Shown piece after piece: positions 1-9,258 of a stretch of DNA of 19,567 bases. The notes below the pieces were generated by a model, which worked only from the letters and a program-made list of their open reading frames with translations, did not search any database and had not been told where the DNA came from. The translations under genes were made by a program, and so were the position numbers. Position 1 is the first letter of the stretch, and every line of letters begins with the position of its first letter. This DNA is from Octopus sinensis (taxonomy: Eukaryota), in NCBI RefSeq assembly GCF_006345805.1, contig NW_021824213.1, positions 1 to 19,567 of the forward strand, given 5' to 3'.

Positions 1-56
1 TCATGGCCAAAAGGTGTCTTTACCTTTTACACGCATAGACACACACACACATTCTT

Positions 57-465
57 ATTTCTTTATTGCCCTCAAGGAGCCGAACATATAGGGGACAAAC
101 AAGGAGGGACAAAGGGATTAAGTCGATTAGATCAACCCCAGTGTGTAACTTGTACTTAATTTATCGACCCTGAAAGGATGAATGGCAAAGTTGACCTTGG
201 CAGAATTTGAACTCAGAACGTAACCGTAGACGAAATACCCATTTCTTTACTACCCACAAGGGGCTAAACACAGAGGGGACAAACAAGGACAGACAACGGA
301 TTTAGTCGATTATATCGACCCCAGTGCGTAACTGGTACTTATTTAATTGACCCCGAAAGGATGAAAGGCAAAGTCGACCTCGGTGGAATTTGAACTCAGA
401 ACGTAACGTCAGACGAAATATGGCTAAGCATTTCGCCTGGCGTGCTAACGTTTCTGCCAGCTCGC
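57..465 (-). mobile_element. Dimeric tRNA-headed SINE (family A, MetaSINE-like core): full monomer 465-241 plus head-truncated monomer 240-57
   Basis: The two monomers share the core GAGGTCGACTTTGCCTTTCATCCTTTCGGGGTC (minus strand) with each other and with 7327-7561. The pair is flanked by one 15-bp direct repeat CACACACACATTCTT (42-56, 466-480). The MetaSINE assignment is from recalled similarity. Confidence 0.85.
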
Positions 466-1076
466 CACACACACATTCTTGTACTGTCTTCACCTATCAA
501 TCTGAGACCATATACTTCCATTTCCTTCAGTCAACTCTCTGGATATGAATACACAGTTCAATATTCACATGATTTGCATTTATTGATTAACCATATCACT
601 TTATTGATTTTGATCCAATAGTAATAATAACTTATTTTCTCTGAGAGCTTAAAAACTGAATTACATCACATGAAATAAAGTCTAGTGGGGAAGGATGGTT
701 TACTGGCCTGACAGAAATAGCAGCCAATTCCTTCTCAAATCACACTTTGTTATTTTCTTTTAACTGGGTTGACAACAACTGGTAGAGATATAGGGGATGT
801 TTTAGGGATAAATAGCATATCTTGGGTGGATTGAACCTGGCAGAACACTTTCCCCTCTAGTTTGAAAAATAGCCAATTTCAAGCAATGGAGAAAGAGAGG
901 GATGGAGAAAGACAGAGATTTCCATATGATACAGATACACAATTTTTCAATTACCCAAATTCTCATATGTTCCCAACTTGTAATTTTCTAAATCCTTGCA
1001 ACACTGTCTCTCTCTGTTTCACCTTGTCTTATAACTTGTGTTTCTCATTCTTCAAGGCGGTGCCCCAGCATGTCTC

Positions 1077-2013
1077 GTGCTTTCATGCAATCCTCAGGCT
1101 ATGGATGGAAGCACTCCGTCGGTTATGACGATGAGGGTTCTGGCTGATCCGAATCAACAGAACAGCCAGCTCGTGAAATTAACGTGTAAGTGGCTGAGCA
1201 CTCCACAAACGTGTGCACCCTTAACGTAATTCTCGGGGATATTCAGCGTGACACAGAGAGTGACAAGGCCGGCCCCTTGAAATACAGGTACAACAGAAAC
1301 AGGAAGTAAGAGTGAGAGAAAGTTGTGGTGAAAGAGTACAGCAGGGATCACCACCATCCCTGCTGGAGCCGCGTGGAGCTTTAGGTGTTTTCACTCAATA
1401 AACACTCACAACGCCCGGTCTGGGAATCGAAACCGCGATCCTATGACCGTGAGTTCGCTGCCCTAACCACTGGGCCATTGCGCCTCCACTCCTCAGGCTA
1501 TGCCCACATGGCATAACAAGCTAAAACAGGACGATAGCATTAGAGAAAATGTGAGAAAAGGCAAGAAAGTAGATGCAAAAGGTGGAAGGTTGAAAACACT
1601 GGAAAACAAAAGGAACCAGAAAATAAAAAAAGAAGAAAGGAGAATTAGAATTATGTCTCCTTCACTATAAAGTTATAAAACTGAATGGATAGGGGCCTAG
1701 AGTCTGCAGTAGGGCTGTTCAAGCTGGAGAGTGTGGTATTTTCCAATTCATCAATAGGAACTTATCCATATGTTTACATCCACTGAAAATTTCCCTATCC
1801 ATTCAGCCTTATGACTTTACAGTCAGAGGTGACATAACTCGAATTCTCCATTTTTACTTCTTTTTTCCATTTCCTTTCATTTTCCGATGTTTGCAACCTT
1901 CCATCTTTTGCATCTACTTTCTTCTCACCTTTTCTCACATTTTCTCTTGTCCTATTGTCCTGTTTTAGCTTGTTATACCATGTAGGCATAGCCTAAAGAT
2001 TGCATGAAGGCAC
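1077..2013. repeat. Long diverged inverted repeat (foldback/MITE-like), left arm split by a SINE
   Basis: 1077-1103 plus 1503-1694 is the reverse complement of 1793-2013 (about 80% identity by eye), with a 98-bp spacer at 1695-1792. Confidence 0.9.
1104..1489 (-). mobile_element. Full-length tRNA-headed SINE (family C)
   Basis: A box TGGCCCAGTGG and B-box-like GGTTTCGATTCC on the minus strand. TSD TCCTCAGGCTATG at 1091-1103 and 1490-1502. Highly similar to 13231-13617. Confidence 0.92.
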
Positions 2014-2117
2014 CAGATGTGTTATAAAATGCTGTCTGTGTCGTTTTTTATTGCATGAAACTATTAGTAGCTCATAAATATATATTCTGGGCTTAGTAGA
2101 TAATATTTATCTTCCAC

Positions 2118-2187
2118 CAGGTGGAGTAGACAGCATGCTGTGACCAGCGGTGTCAAATGGATGCCTGATGGACTGGTCGGTCAAGGT
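2118..2187 (+). mobile_element. Probable retroposon 3' tail fragment
   Basis: Ends in the short tandem repeat GGTCAAGGTGATCAAGGTGAT and runs into (TA)n. It resembles a recalled octopus SINE tail, but there is no second copy in the window. Confidence 0.4.
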
Positions 2188-2262
2188 GATCAAGGTGATA
2201 TATATATATACATATATATACATATATATATATACATATATATATATATCTATATATATAAG

Positions 2263-2345
<83 letters not shown>

Positions 2346-2403
2346 CATGTATATATATACATACATATATATATAACATACAATATATATATATTATATA
2401 TAT
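2188..2403. repeat. (TA)n-rich microsatellite
   Basis: Directly visible; it explains the YI-repeat ORFs. Confidence 0.98.
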
Positions 2404-2489
2404 AAGACAAAGTGGAGTTGTAAGGTACTGCATGAGTGGAATTATATATGAAAGAAGGTTTGAAAATGCAATTTTAAAAGATGTTTATT

Positions 2490-2767
2490 TACTGCGCATA
2501 TTTCTTTGGTTGCTTGTGAGGCATTTTTCCCTTTACGGAAAAAGAAAAGCATCAAGTGCTGAAAACAAACTTTCTTATCTTCCATTTTAAAGGGTTACAG
2601 GGTTAACACAGGTTATAGGAACATAAATCTTCTTCTACGAAAAGATAGCTTAAACTGTGCTCTAAATGGAGGTGTAGTCAAATCTTATTTTATGGATTCA
2701 AACATATTCTAAAATAAGTCGAAAGGTAAGCTACTATAAATCGGCACGAACCTTCCAGACAACCTAA
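2490..2767 (-). mobile_element. Mariner transposon 5' remnant: left TIR, 5' UTR and transposase N-terminus
   Basis: Minus strand 2585-2490 reads [32 protein letters not shown], matching the mariner transposase N-terminal pattern ([27 protein letters not shown]). A mariner-like TIR TTAGGTTGTCTGGAAGGTTCGTGCCGATTT lies at 2767-2738. Similarity ends after 32 codons. Confidence 0.85.
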
Positions 2768-2858
2768 AAGGAATTCATCTAAACCAAGAATCAAATAATT
2801 ATTTGATTCTATCTGAAGAATTTCTGATTTGGAGATATCTTAAATGTTTATTCTACAT

Positions 2859-3262
2859 GTAGGAGTGGCTGTGTGGTAAGTAGCTTGCTTATGAACCACA
2901 GGTTCCGGGTTCAGTCCCACTGCATGGCACCTTGGGCAATTGTCTTCTCCTATAGCCTTGGGCCGACCAAAGCCTTGTGAGTGGATTTGGTAGATGGAAA
3001 CTGAAAGGAGTCCATCGTATATATGTATATGTATATATGTGTGTGTGTATACGTTTGTGGGTCTGGGTTTGTTCCGCCAACATTGCTTGACAACCGATGC
3101 TGGTGTGTTTATATCCCCGTAACTTAGCAGTTCGGCAAAAGAAGCCGATAGATTAAGTACTAGGCTTACAAAGAATAAGTCCCGGGGTCAATTTCCTCGA
3201 CTAATGGCGGTGCTCCGGCATGGCCGCAGTCAAATGACTGAAACAAGTAAAAGAGTAAAAGA
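2859..3262 (+). mobile_element. tRNA-headed SINE (family B)
   Basis: Head GGAGTGGCTGTGTGGTAAG, internal (TA/TG)n tract and GAGTAAAA tail. Homologous to 4133-4454, 8131-8565 and 17013-17369. Confidence 0.9.
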
Positions 3263-3783
3263 GAGAGTAAAGAGAGTATATTTTTGTAACTCCTATCAGC
3301 TAACGAAACAGGTGTAATAGTGAAAATATAATACCAAAAACTTTTGATGCGTAATTACTCTGCAAATCTATTTTCCAGTAATTTTCAAATCTTATGCATG
3401 CCTCATACAAATACAACATATGCATACAATTCTGAAGCAGAAGAATATGCAGATATGCTTTCTGATAACACAGCCCAGATTATAACCCAATATGCACTAA
3501 AACCCAATGCACATAAACATGCATGCACACACACATACACACAGACACACACACACATGCATACACTCCCACACACAATAGAACTGACTGGTTTCCTAGA
3601 GATCTGTGAATCAACATTCTCTTCTTTGGTAAGACAAGACAAACAACATTTCATGATAAAATATTGAAATATGAAAGGAGATTCAGTTGGCAGCTAGAGA
3701 CCTTCGTATCATATATCTATACACATTTCACTGCATATATCCTCAAACCACACCACATGTATACATATATATAGTATATATAT

Positions 3784-3815
<32 letters not shown>

Positions 3816-3882
3816 TATACACATATATGTATGTATGTGTATATAAATACATATACACACACACATATATGTATAGATATTC

Positions 3883-3912
<30 letters not shown>

Positions 3913-3915
<3 letters not shown>

Positions 3916-4132
3916 GAGGCGCAATGGCCCAGTGGTTAGGGCAGCGAACTCGCGGTCATAGGATCGCGGTTTCGATTCCCAGACCGGGCGTTGTGAGTGT
4001 TTATTGAGCGAAAATACCTAAAGCTCCACAAGGCTCCGGCAGGGGATGATGGTGATACCTGCTGTACTCCTTCACCACAACTTTCTCTTACTCTTTCTTC
4101 TGTTGGCCTGCTCGCTTACTCAGCAGGGTGGC
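3913..4132 (+). mobile_element. Family C-headed SINE with a different, truncated tail
   Basis: About 190 bp match the head and body of 1104-1489; the sequence diverges after AACTTTCTCTTACTCTT. Confidence 0.85.
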
Positions 4133-4454
4133 TTATTATTTGTAAGCCTAGTACTTATTCTATCAGTCTCTTTTGCCGAACCGCTAAGTGACGGGGACAT
4201 AAACACACCAGCATCGGTTGTCAAGCAATGCTAGGGGGACAAACACACACACACAAACACACACACACACACAAATATATATACATATATACGATGGGCT
4301 TCTTTCAGTTTCCGTCTACCAAATCCACTCACAAGGTTTTGGTTGGCCCAAGGCTATAGTAGAAGACACATGCCCAAGGTGCCACACAGTGGGACTGAAC
4401 CTGGAACCATGTGGTTGGTAAGCAAGCTACTTACCACCCAGCCACTCCTATGCC
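4133..4454 (-). mobile_element. Family B SINE, 3'-truncated
   Basis: Reverse complement of 2859-3180; lacks the family tail. Confidence 0.9.
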
Positions 4455-4676
4455 TATATCTCTACAGATATTCTATAGAAATTATAGCTAGCACTAATTT
4501 TTGTTCCTGTGTTTCATATACGAGACATCAGATGTAAACAAACAATGAGATCAAAGATGAAAAAAGGTAGCGGGCATATATGCCCAATTTTGGAGGGATA
4601 TGTCCCTTGATCAGCACCCATTTAACCCATTAATTATCCTTGAACACATTGCTTAAATAGCCACTATATATAGCGG

Positions 4677-4928
4677 TGTGTGGAGGCACGTGGCTTAGTG
4701 GTTAGGGTGTCAGCATCATGATCGTAAGATTGTGGTTTCGATTCCTGGACTGAGTGACGCATTGTGTTCTTGAGCAAAACACTTCATTTCACGTTGCTTC
4801 AGTCCACTCAGCTGGCAAAAATGAGTAACGCTGCAATGGACTGGCATCCCATCCAGCTGGGGAACACATACGCCATGGAAACCAGGAAACCGGGCCCATG
4901 AGCCTGGCCAGGCTTTAAAAGGGTGCAT
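4677..4928 (+). mobile_element. tRNA-headed SINE (family D, CORE-like centre)
   Basis: A box TGGCTTAGTGG and B box GGTTTCGATTCC. The centre TTGAGCAAAACACTTCATTTCACGTTGCTTCAGTCCACTCAGCTG is shared with family E, but the tail differs. Confidence 0.8.
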
Positions 4929-5200
4929 ATCTCGTTCAGAGATTTATTATTGCTTGCAGACAGTTTTTCGAAATCAGTAACGGAAGTTACTAGAAAAACA
5001 ATAAGTATTTGCAAACAGGTCTCCCTTCATCGTAAACCAGTGATTGCTGTACGCCGAAGACAGGCAAATACCTAGAAACTGCAGTCCGTGCATATCACTT
5101 AGGTTTACGAGAGAGGGATGACCCCCCTTTGCAAATACCATAAAGGCACAGAAAGTGTGCCTAAAGCCAGCTGGAGACAATGATCTCCTGGGGCTACAAT
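4929..5200 (+). ncRNA. Unassigned highly structured RNA candidate
   Basis: Five stacked or adjacent stem-loops found by manual pairing (see findings); no family recognised. Confidence 0.5.
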
Positions 5201-5257
5201 CTACAGTAACACCCACCCTTTGTGGTTAGCCATATTGAGATGGCTAGTATACTTTAC
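5201..5257 (+). mobile_element. Internal fragment of the non-autonomous Helitron family
   Basis: CTACAGTAACACCCACCCTTTGTGGTTAGCCATATTGAGATGGCTAGTATACTTTACA is the reverse complement of sequence inside 15115-15500 and 15632-16034. Confidence 0.85.
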
Positions 5258-5378
5258 ATTTATTTATTATTTTATATAAAGCAGTGCATAGTTATTGGAC
5301 TGACCAATGTACATCGCACACAACACAGTGGAACACGGTACTGACTTAAAATACTTAAAATGCTTAAAATACTTTATA

Positions 5379-5718
5379 TGTGAAGGTGCATGGCTCAGTG
5401 GTTAGAGCATCGAGCTTACGATTGTGAGGTTCTGAGTTCGAATCCCAGACCAGGCTGCGTGTTGTGTTCTTGAGCAAGACACTTTATTTCATGTTGCTCC
5501 AGTTCACTCAGCGGTAGAAATGAGTTGCGATGTCACAGGTGCCAAGCTGTATTGACCTTTGTCTTTCCTTTGGATAACACTGGTGGCATGGAGAGGGGCG
5601 GCTGGTATGCATGGGCGAGTGCTGGTCTTCCATAAACAACCTTGCCCGGACTTGTGCCTGGGAGGGTAACTTTCTAGGTGCAATCCCATGGTCAGTCATG
5701 ACTGAAGGGGGTCTCAGC
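5379..5718 (+). mobile_element. Full-length tRNA-headed SINE (family E, CORE-like)
   Basis: A box TGGCTCAGTGG and B box GAGTTCGAATCC. TSD ATACTTTATA at 5369-5378 and 5719-5728. Homologous to 11095-11377. Confidence 0.9.
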
Positions 5719-5799
5719 ATACTTTATAGTATATTATGGTTGCGGAACAAAATATCACGTACCTATAAATTAATTGGTAGCAGAACAGTTTAAGTAAAT

Positions 5800-6370
5800 C
5801 TCTGTTGAGGCAAGTGGAATCAAAAATCAGAATCAAATTCGATGACTGGCATCCATGCAAGCAGGGTGCAAAGAGCACCATACGAGTGTGATCATTGACA
5901 GAGTGGCTAACCGGCTTCTGTGCCAGTGGCACTTAAAAGGCACCATTCGAGCGTGATCGTTACCAGCGTCACATTACTGGCACTCGAGCCCCGTGCTAGT
6001 AGGGTATTAAGAGCAACATCCGAGCATGATCGTTGCCAGAGCGGCTATCTGGCATATGTAAAAGACACCATTCGAGCAAGATCATTACCGGCATCGCCTT
6101 ATTGGCACCTGTGCCGGTGGCATGTGTAAAAGATTCAAATGAGGTCATTGCCAGTGCCGCCTGACTGACCCCTGTGCCGGTGGCACGTAAAAGCACCCAC
6201 TACACTCTTGGAGTGATTGGCGTTAGGAAGGGCATCCAGCTGTAGAAACTCTGCCAGATCAAGATTGAAGCCTGGTGCAGCCATCTGGTTCGCCAGCCCT
6301 CAGTCATCCGTCCATGCTAGCATGGAAAGCGGACGTTAAACGATGATTGATGGTGATGATGATGATGATA
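5800..6370 (+). mobile_element. Family F retroposon (probable RTE-type LINE 3' UTR or derived SINE) with internal ~60-66 bp tandem array and (GAT)n tail
   Basis: Repeated GTGCCGGTGGCACGTAAAAGCACC motif, and a 3' end GGCGTTAGGAAGGGCATCCAGCTGTAGAAA...GGACGTTAAACGATGATG shared by five copies in the window. The clade is inferred only from the tandem-repeat tail. Confidence 0.8.
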
Positions 6371-6954
6371 TTCCACTTAAAATTCTTAGAATATATTGTA
6401 CTTTTCATCCAATAATCATTTTACAGTATAATGTTTTATAGGATGAAATTTAAATCAAGAAAAGTAATGAAAATGATTTTATTAACAGACAGAGGCACAA
6501 ATTAATACACTTTTAAAGCACTGTTTCATATTTATAAATCCACTTAAAATTCTTAAAACATATCCATACGAATGGGATCACTGCCAGAGCAGCTGTCTGG
6601 CTTCTGTGCTGGTGGCACGTAAAAAGCACCATTTGAGCGTGATCGTTACCAGCATCGCCTTACTGGCACTTGTGCTGGTGGCATGTGAACAAAACATTCG
6701 AGCGAGGTTGTTGACAGTGCTGCTGGACTGACTCCTGTGCAGGTGGCACGTAAAAAACACCATTTCGAGCATGGTCATTGCCAGTACTGCTTGACTGGCC
6801 CTCGTGCCGGTGGCACGTAAAAGCACCCACTACACTCTCGGAGTGATTGGCGTTAGGAAGGGCATCCAGCTGTAGAAACTCTGCCAGATCAGATTGGAGT
6901 CTGGTGCAGCCATCTGGTTCGCCAGTCCTCAGTCAAATCGCCAACCCATGCTAG

Positions 6955-7280
6955 TGTAGCAATAACGCTACACTCATTGCTATCTTCACTGTTTGAGAAG
7001 AGTATTAAGAATAATCTCGTTCGAGATTACAAACATCTTCGGCTAGTTTAACATTGTTGTAAACACTAATTCGATTGGCTGACACGTGGTCTCTACTATG
7101 TTCGCACCGCTGGTTGTCACGTGATGCGATTTGCCTCCGCTTATTTTCGCGCCATTGTTCCAAGCAGCCAATCACAGCTTTCCATTTCTGAAGTTCGTTT
7201 TGAGCCTCATAAACCTTATATAAAGAAGGGTTCTCAGACAAATATTCATCTTTGGTTCAAGTCCTTCTCAGGGCAAAACA
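6955..7280. mobile_element. Probable solo LTR (326 bp, TGT...ACA, 4-bp CTAG TSD)
   Basis: CTAG is duplicated at 6951-6954 and 7281-7284, and the termini are TG...CA. The sequence contains promoter motifs. Confidence 0.65.
7074..7224 (+). promoter_or_regulatory. Pol II promoter-like motif cluster inside the putative LTR
   Basis: ATTGG 7074-7078, CACGTG 7083-7088 and 7118-7123, CCAAT 7168-7172, TATATAAA 7217-7224; the region is CpG-rich compared with its flanks. Confidence 0.5.
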
Positions 7281-7326
7281 CTAGCATGGAAAGCGGACAT
7301 TAAACGATGATGATGATATTGTACAG

Positions 7327-7561
7327 TAAAGGTGGCGAGCTGGCAGAAACGTTAGCATGCCAGGCGAAATGCGTAGCTGTATTTCGTCTGCCGTTACGTT
7401 GTGAGTTCAAATTCTGCCGAGGTCGACTTTGCTTTTCATCATTTCGGTGTTGATAAATTAAGTACCAGTTATGGACTGGGGTCAATGTAATCGACTTAAT
7501 ACCTATGTCTATCCTTGTTAGTCCCCTCTGTGTTTAGCCCCTTGTGGGTAATAAAGAAATA
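7327..7561 (+). mobile_element. Family A SINE monomer, full length
   Basis: Homologous to 241-465. TSD GATATTGTACAG at 7315-7326 and 7562-7573. Confidence 0.92.
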
Positions 7562-7803
7562 GATATTGTACAGCTCTGTGTATTCTGTATAGTATTTAAT
7601 GGATAAAATTTAAATGAAGAAAAGTAAAGGACATGATCTTATTTAACAGATTCAAGTTCAAATTAACACACTTCATAAGAAGGACCCGCTTGATATTTAT
7701 AAATGCACTTAAAATTCTTAAGATATATCATAGTGTACCCTGTATTTAGTATAATGTTAATAGGATGAAAATTAAATTAAGAAAAGTACAGAACTTGATT
7801 TAA

Positions 7804-8023
7804 CCCTTTCGTTACGAACCCGGCTGAAACTGGCTCTGGCTCTGAGTACAAATGTCTTGTTTTCATAAGCTTTGAATTAGAATCTTCCACCAAACCTTAG
7901 TCACAATTTATGTTCCTAACACTAGCTTAATGATAACTAAGTTATTTTACTAAATTCTTTGTTATATTTAAGGTAATTGAAAGAAACACAGAACATCTCA
8001 AAATAAATACAGTAACGAAAGGG
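7804..8023. mobile_element. piggyBac-type MITE (220 bp)
   Basis: TTAA duplicated at 7800-7803 and 8024-8027; perfect 12-bp TIR CCCTTTCGTTAC / GTAACGAAAGGG. Confidence 0.92.
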
Positions 8024-8130
8024 TTAATGTAACAGACACAGGTACTAATTAATACATTTCTAAATTAGAATATGTTTGATCGTTAACAAAGCAGTTAAAA
8101 ATGTATGAGCAAAACTACTTTTAACATACG

Positions 8131-8565
8131 CTTTTACTCTTTTACTTGTTTCAGTCATTTGACTGTGGCCACGCTGGAGCACCACCTTTAGTCGAGCATA
8201 TCAACCCCAGGACTTATTCTTTTGTAAGCCTAGTACTTACTCTATCAGTCTCTTTTGCTGAACCGCTAAGTTACGAGGACATAAACACACCAGCATCGGT
8301 TGTCAAGCGATGTTGGGGGAACAAACACAGACACACAAACATACACACACACACACACACACACCACACAAACACACACACACACACATATATACATATA
8401 TACGACAGGCTTCTTTCAGTTTCTGTCTACCAAATCCACTCACAAGGCTTTGGTTGGCCCAAGGCTATAGGAGAAGACACTTAACCAAGGTGCCATGCAG
8501 TGGGACTGAGCCTGGAACCATGTGGTTTGTAAGCAAGCTACTTACCACACAGCCACTCCTGCGCC
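8131..8565 (-). mobile_element. Family B SINE, full length
   Basis: Reverse complement of 2859-3262, including head and tail. Confidence 0.9.
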
Positions 8566-8653
8566 TATACTGTATGCAAATTAATTAACTTAAAAAAAAA
8601 CAGGGTCTGTGTACCGTATTGCACAGTAATCTTGGATTTCTGGAAATTCCAGA

Positions 8654-8780
8654 TAGGAGGTTTGTCACTTTCCAACCAAACGGTTCTAAATTCAGTCTCA
8701 TGGCACCTTGGTTAAGGGTCTTCTACTATAGTGCCAGGCTGACCAAAGCCTTGTGAGTGGATTTGATCGATCATGTCTGT

Positions 8781-8819
<39 letters not shown>

Positions 8820-9040
8820 TGTGTGTGTGTATGTCTTTCTGCCTGTGTTTGTCCTTGACCACCACTTGACAACTGGTGTTTGTTTGTTTACATCCCTGTA
8901 ACTTAACAGTTTGACAAAAGAGGCTGATAGAATAAATACTGGGGGTCTATTTATTCAACAAAAATTCTTCAAGGCAGTGCCCCAGCATGGCCACAATCTA
9001 ATGGCTGAAGCTAGTAAAAGATAGAGGATAAAAGACAAAA
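8654..9040 (+). mobile_element. Older, diverged family B-related SINE
   Basis: Contains GGCACCTTGG...CTACTATAG...GACCAAAGCCTTGTGAGTGGATTTG, a (TG)n tract and TTCTTCAAGGCAGTGCCCCAGCATGG. Confidence 0.75.
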
Positions 9041-9258
9041 GCATATTCAGAGAAGCAGCCCTTAGATAAACCTTATCCAAGCAACAAACTTCACACTTCC
9101 AGATCATGATACACATACATATATATGTACATATGTATACACAAACACACTTCAAGACACACACATGCACACAAATATGTACATTCAAGCATATATATAT
9201 ATGTATATGTTTATACATATAATTTTATTATATATATCTATTTCTGCATATTTTTATC

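Larger units (their letters stand above)
6572..7317 (+). mobile_element. Family F copy, split by the insertion at 6955-7280
   Basis: Array and tail match 5800-6370. The tail sequence CCATGCTAGCATGGAAAGCGG is interrupted at CTAG and resumes at 7281. Confidence 0.88.
6372..8090. repeat. Degenerate AT-rich ~165-bp tandem repeat (about 3 units) interrupted by insertions
   Basis: CACTTAAAATTCTTA at 6374, 6541 and 7706; GGATRAAAWTTAAATNAAGAAAAGTA at 6441, 7601 and 7763. Confidence 0.8.

Noticed and set aside
1410-1489. tRNA-like A/B boxes, here and in other SINE heads
   Set aside because: They are SINE heads continuing into family bodies with TSDs, not tRNA genes.
2131-2180. Hairpin with CTGATGG resembling a hammerhead core
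   Set aside because: No GAAA element and no valid stem III; better explained as a retroposon tail.
2107-2590. YI-repeat ORFs here, and similar HT/CV/YLSI ORFs elsewhere in the track
   Set aside because: Read-through of TA, CA and GATA microsatellites.
4929-5200. Firm assignment as telomerase RNA, RNase P/MRP, group I intron, or glycine/c-di-GMP riboswitch
   Set aside because: Only isolated motifs match: no CUAACCCU template or pseudoknot, no proper CR-I, no P3-P6 core, and no GGAGAG element.
5850-6200. CRISPR-like repeat-spacer pattern in family F
   Set aside because: The 'spacers' are homologous to one another and recur between copies, there are no cas genes, and the context is a eukaryotic retroposon.
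7015-7028. ATCTCGTTC(A)GAGATT shared with 4929-4944
   Set aside because: The flanks do not align; a match this short is expected by chance in a window of this size.
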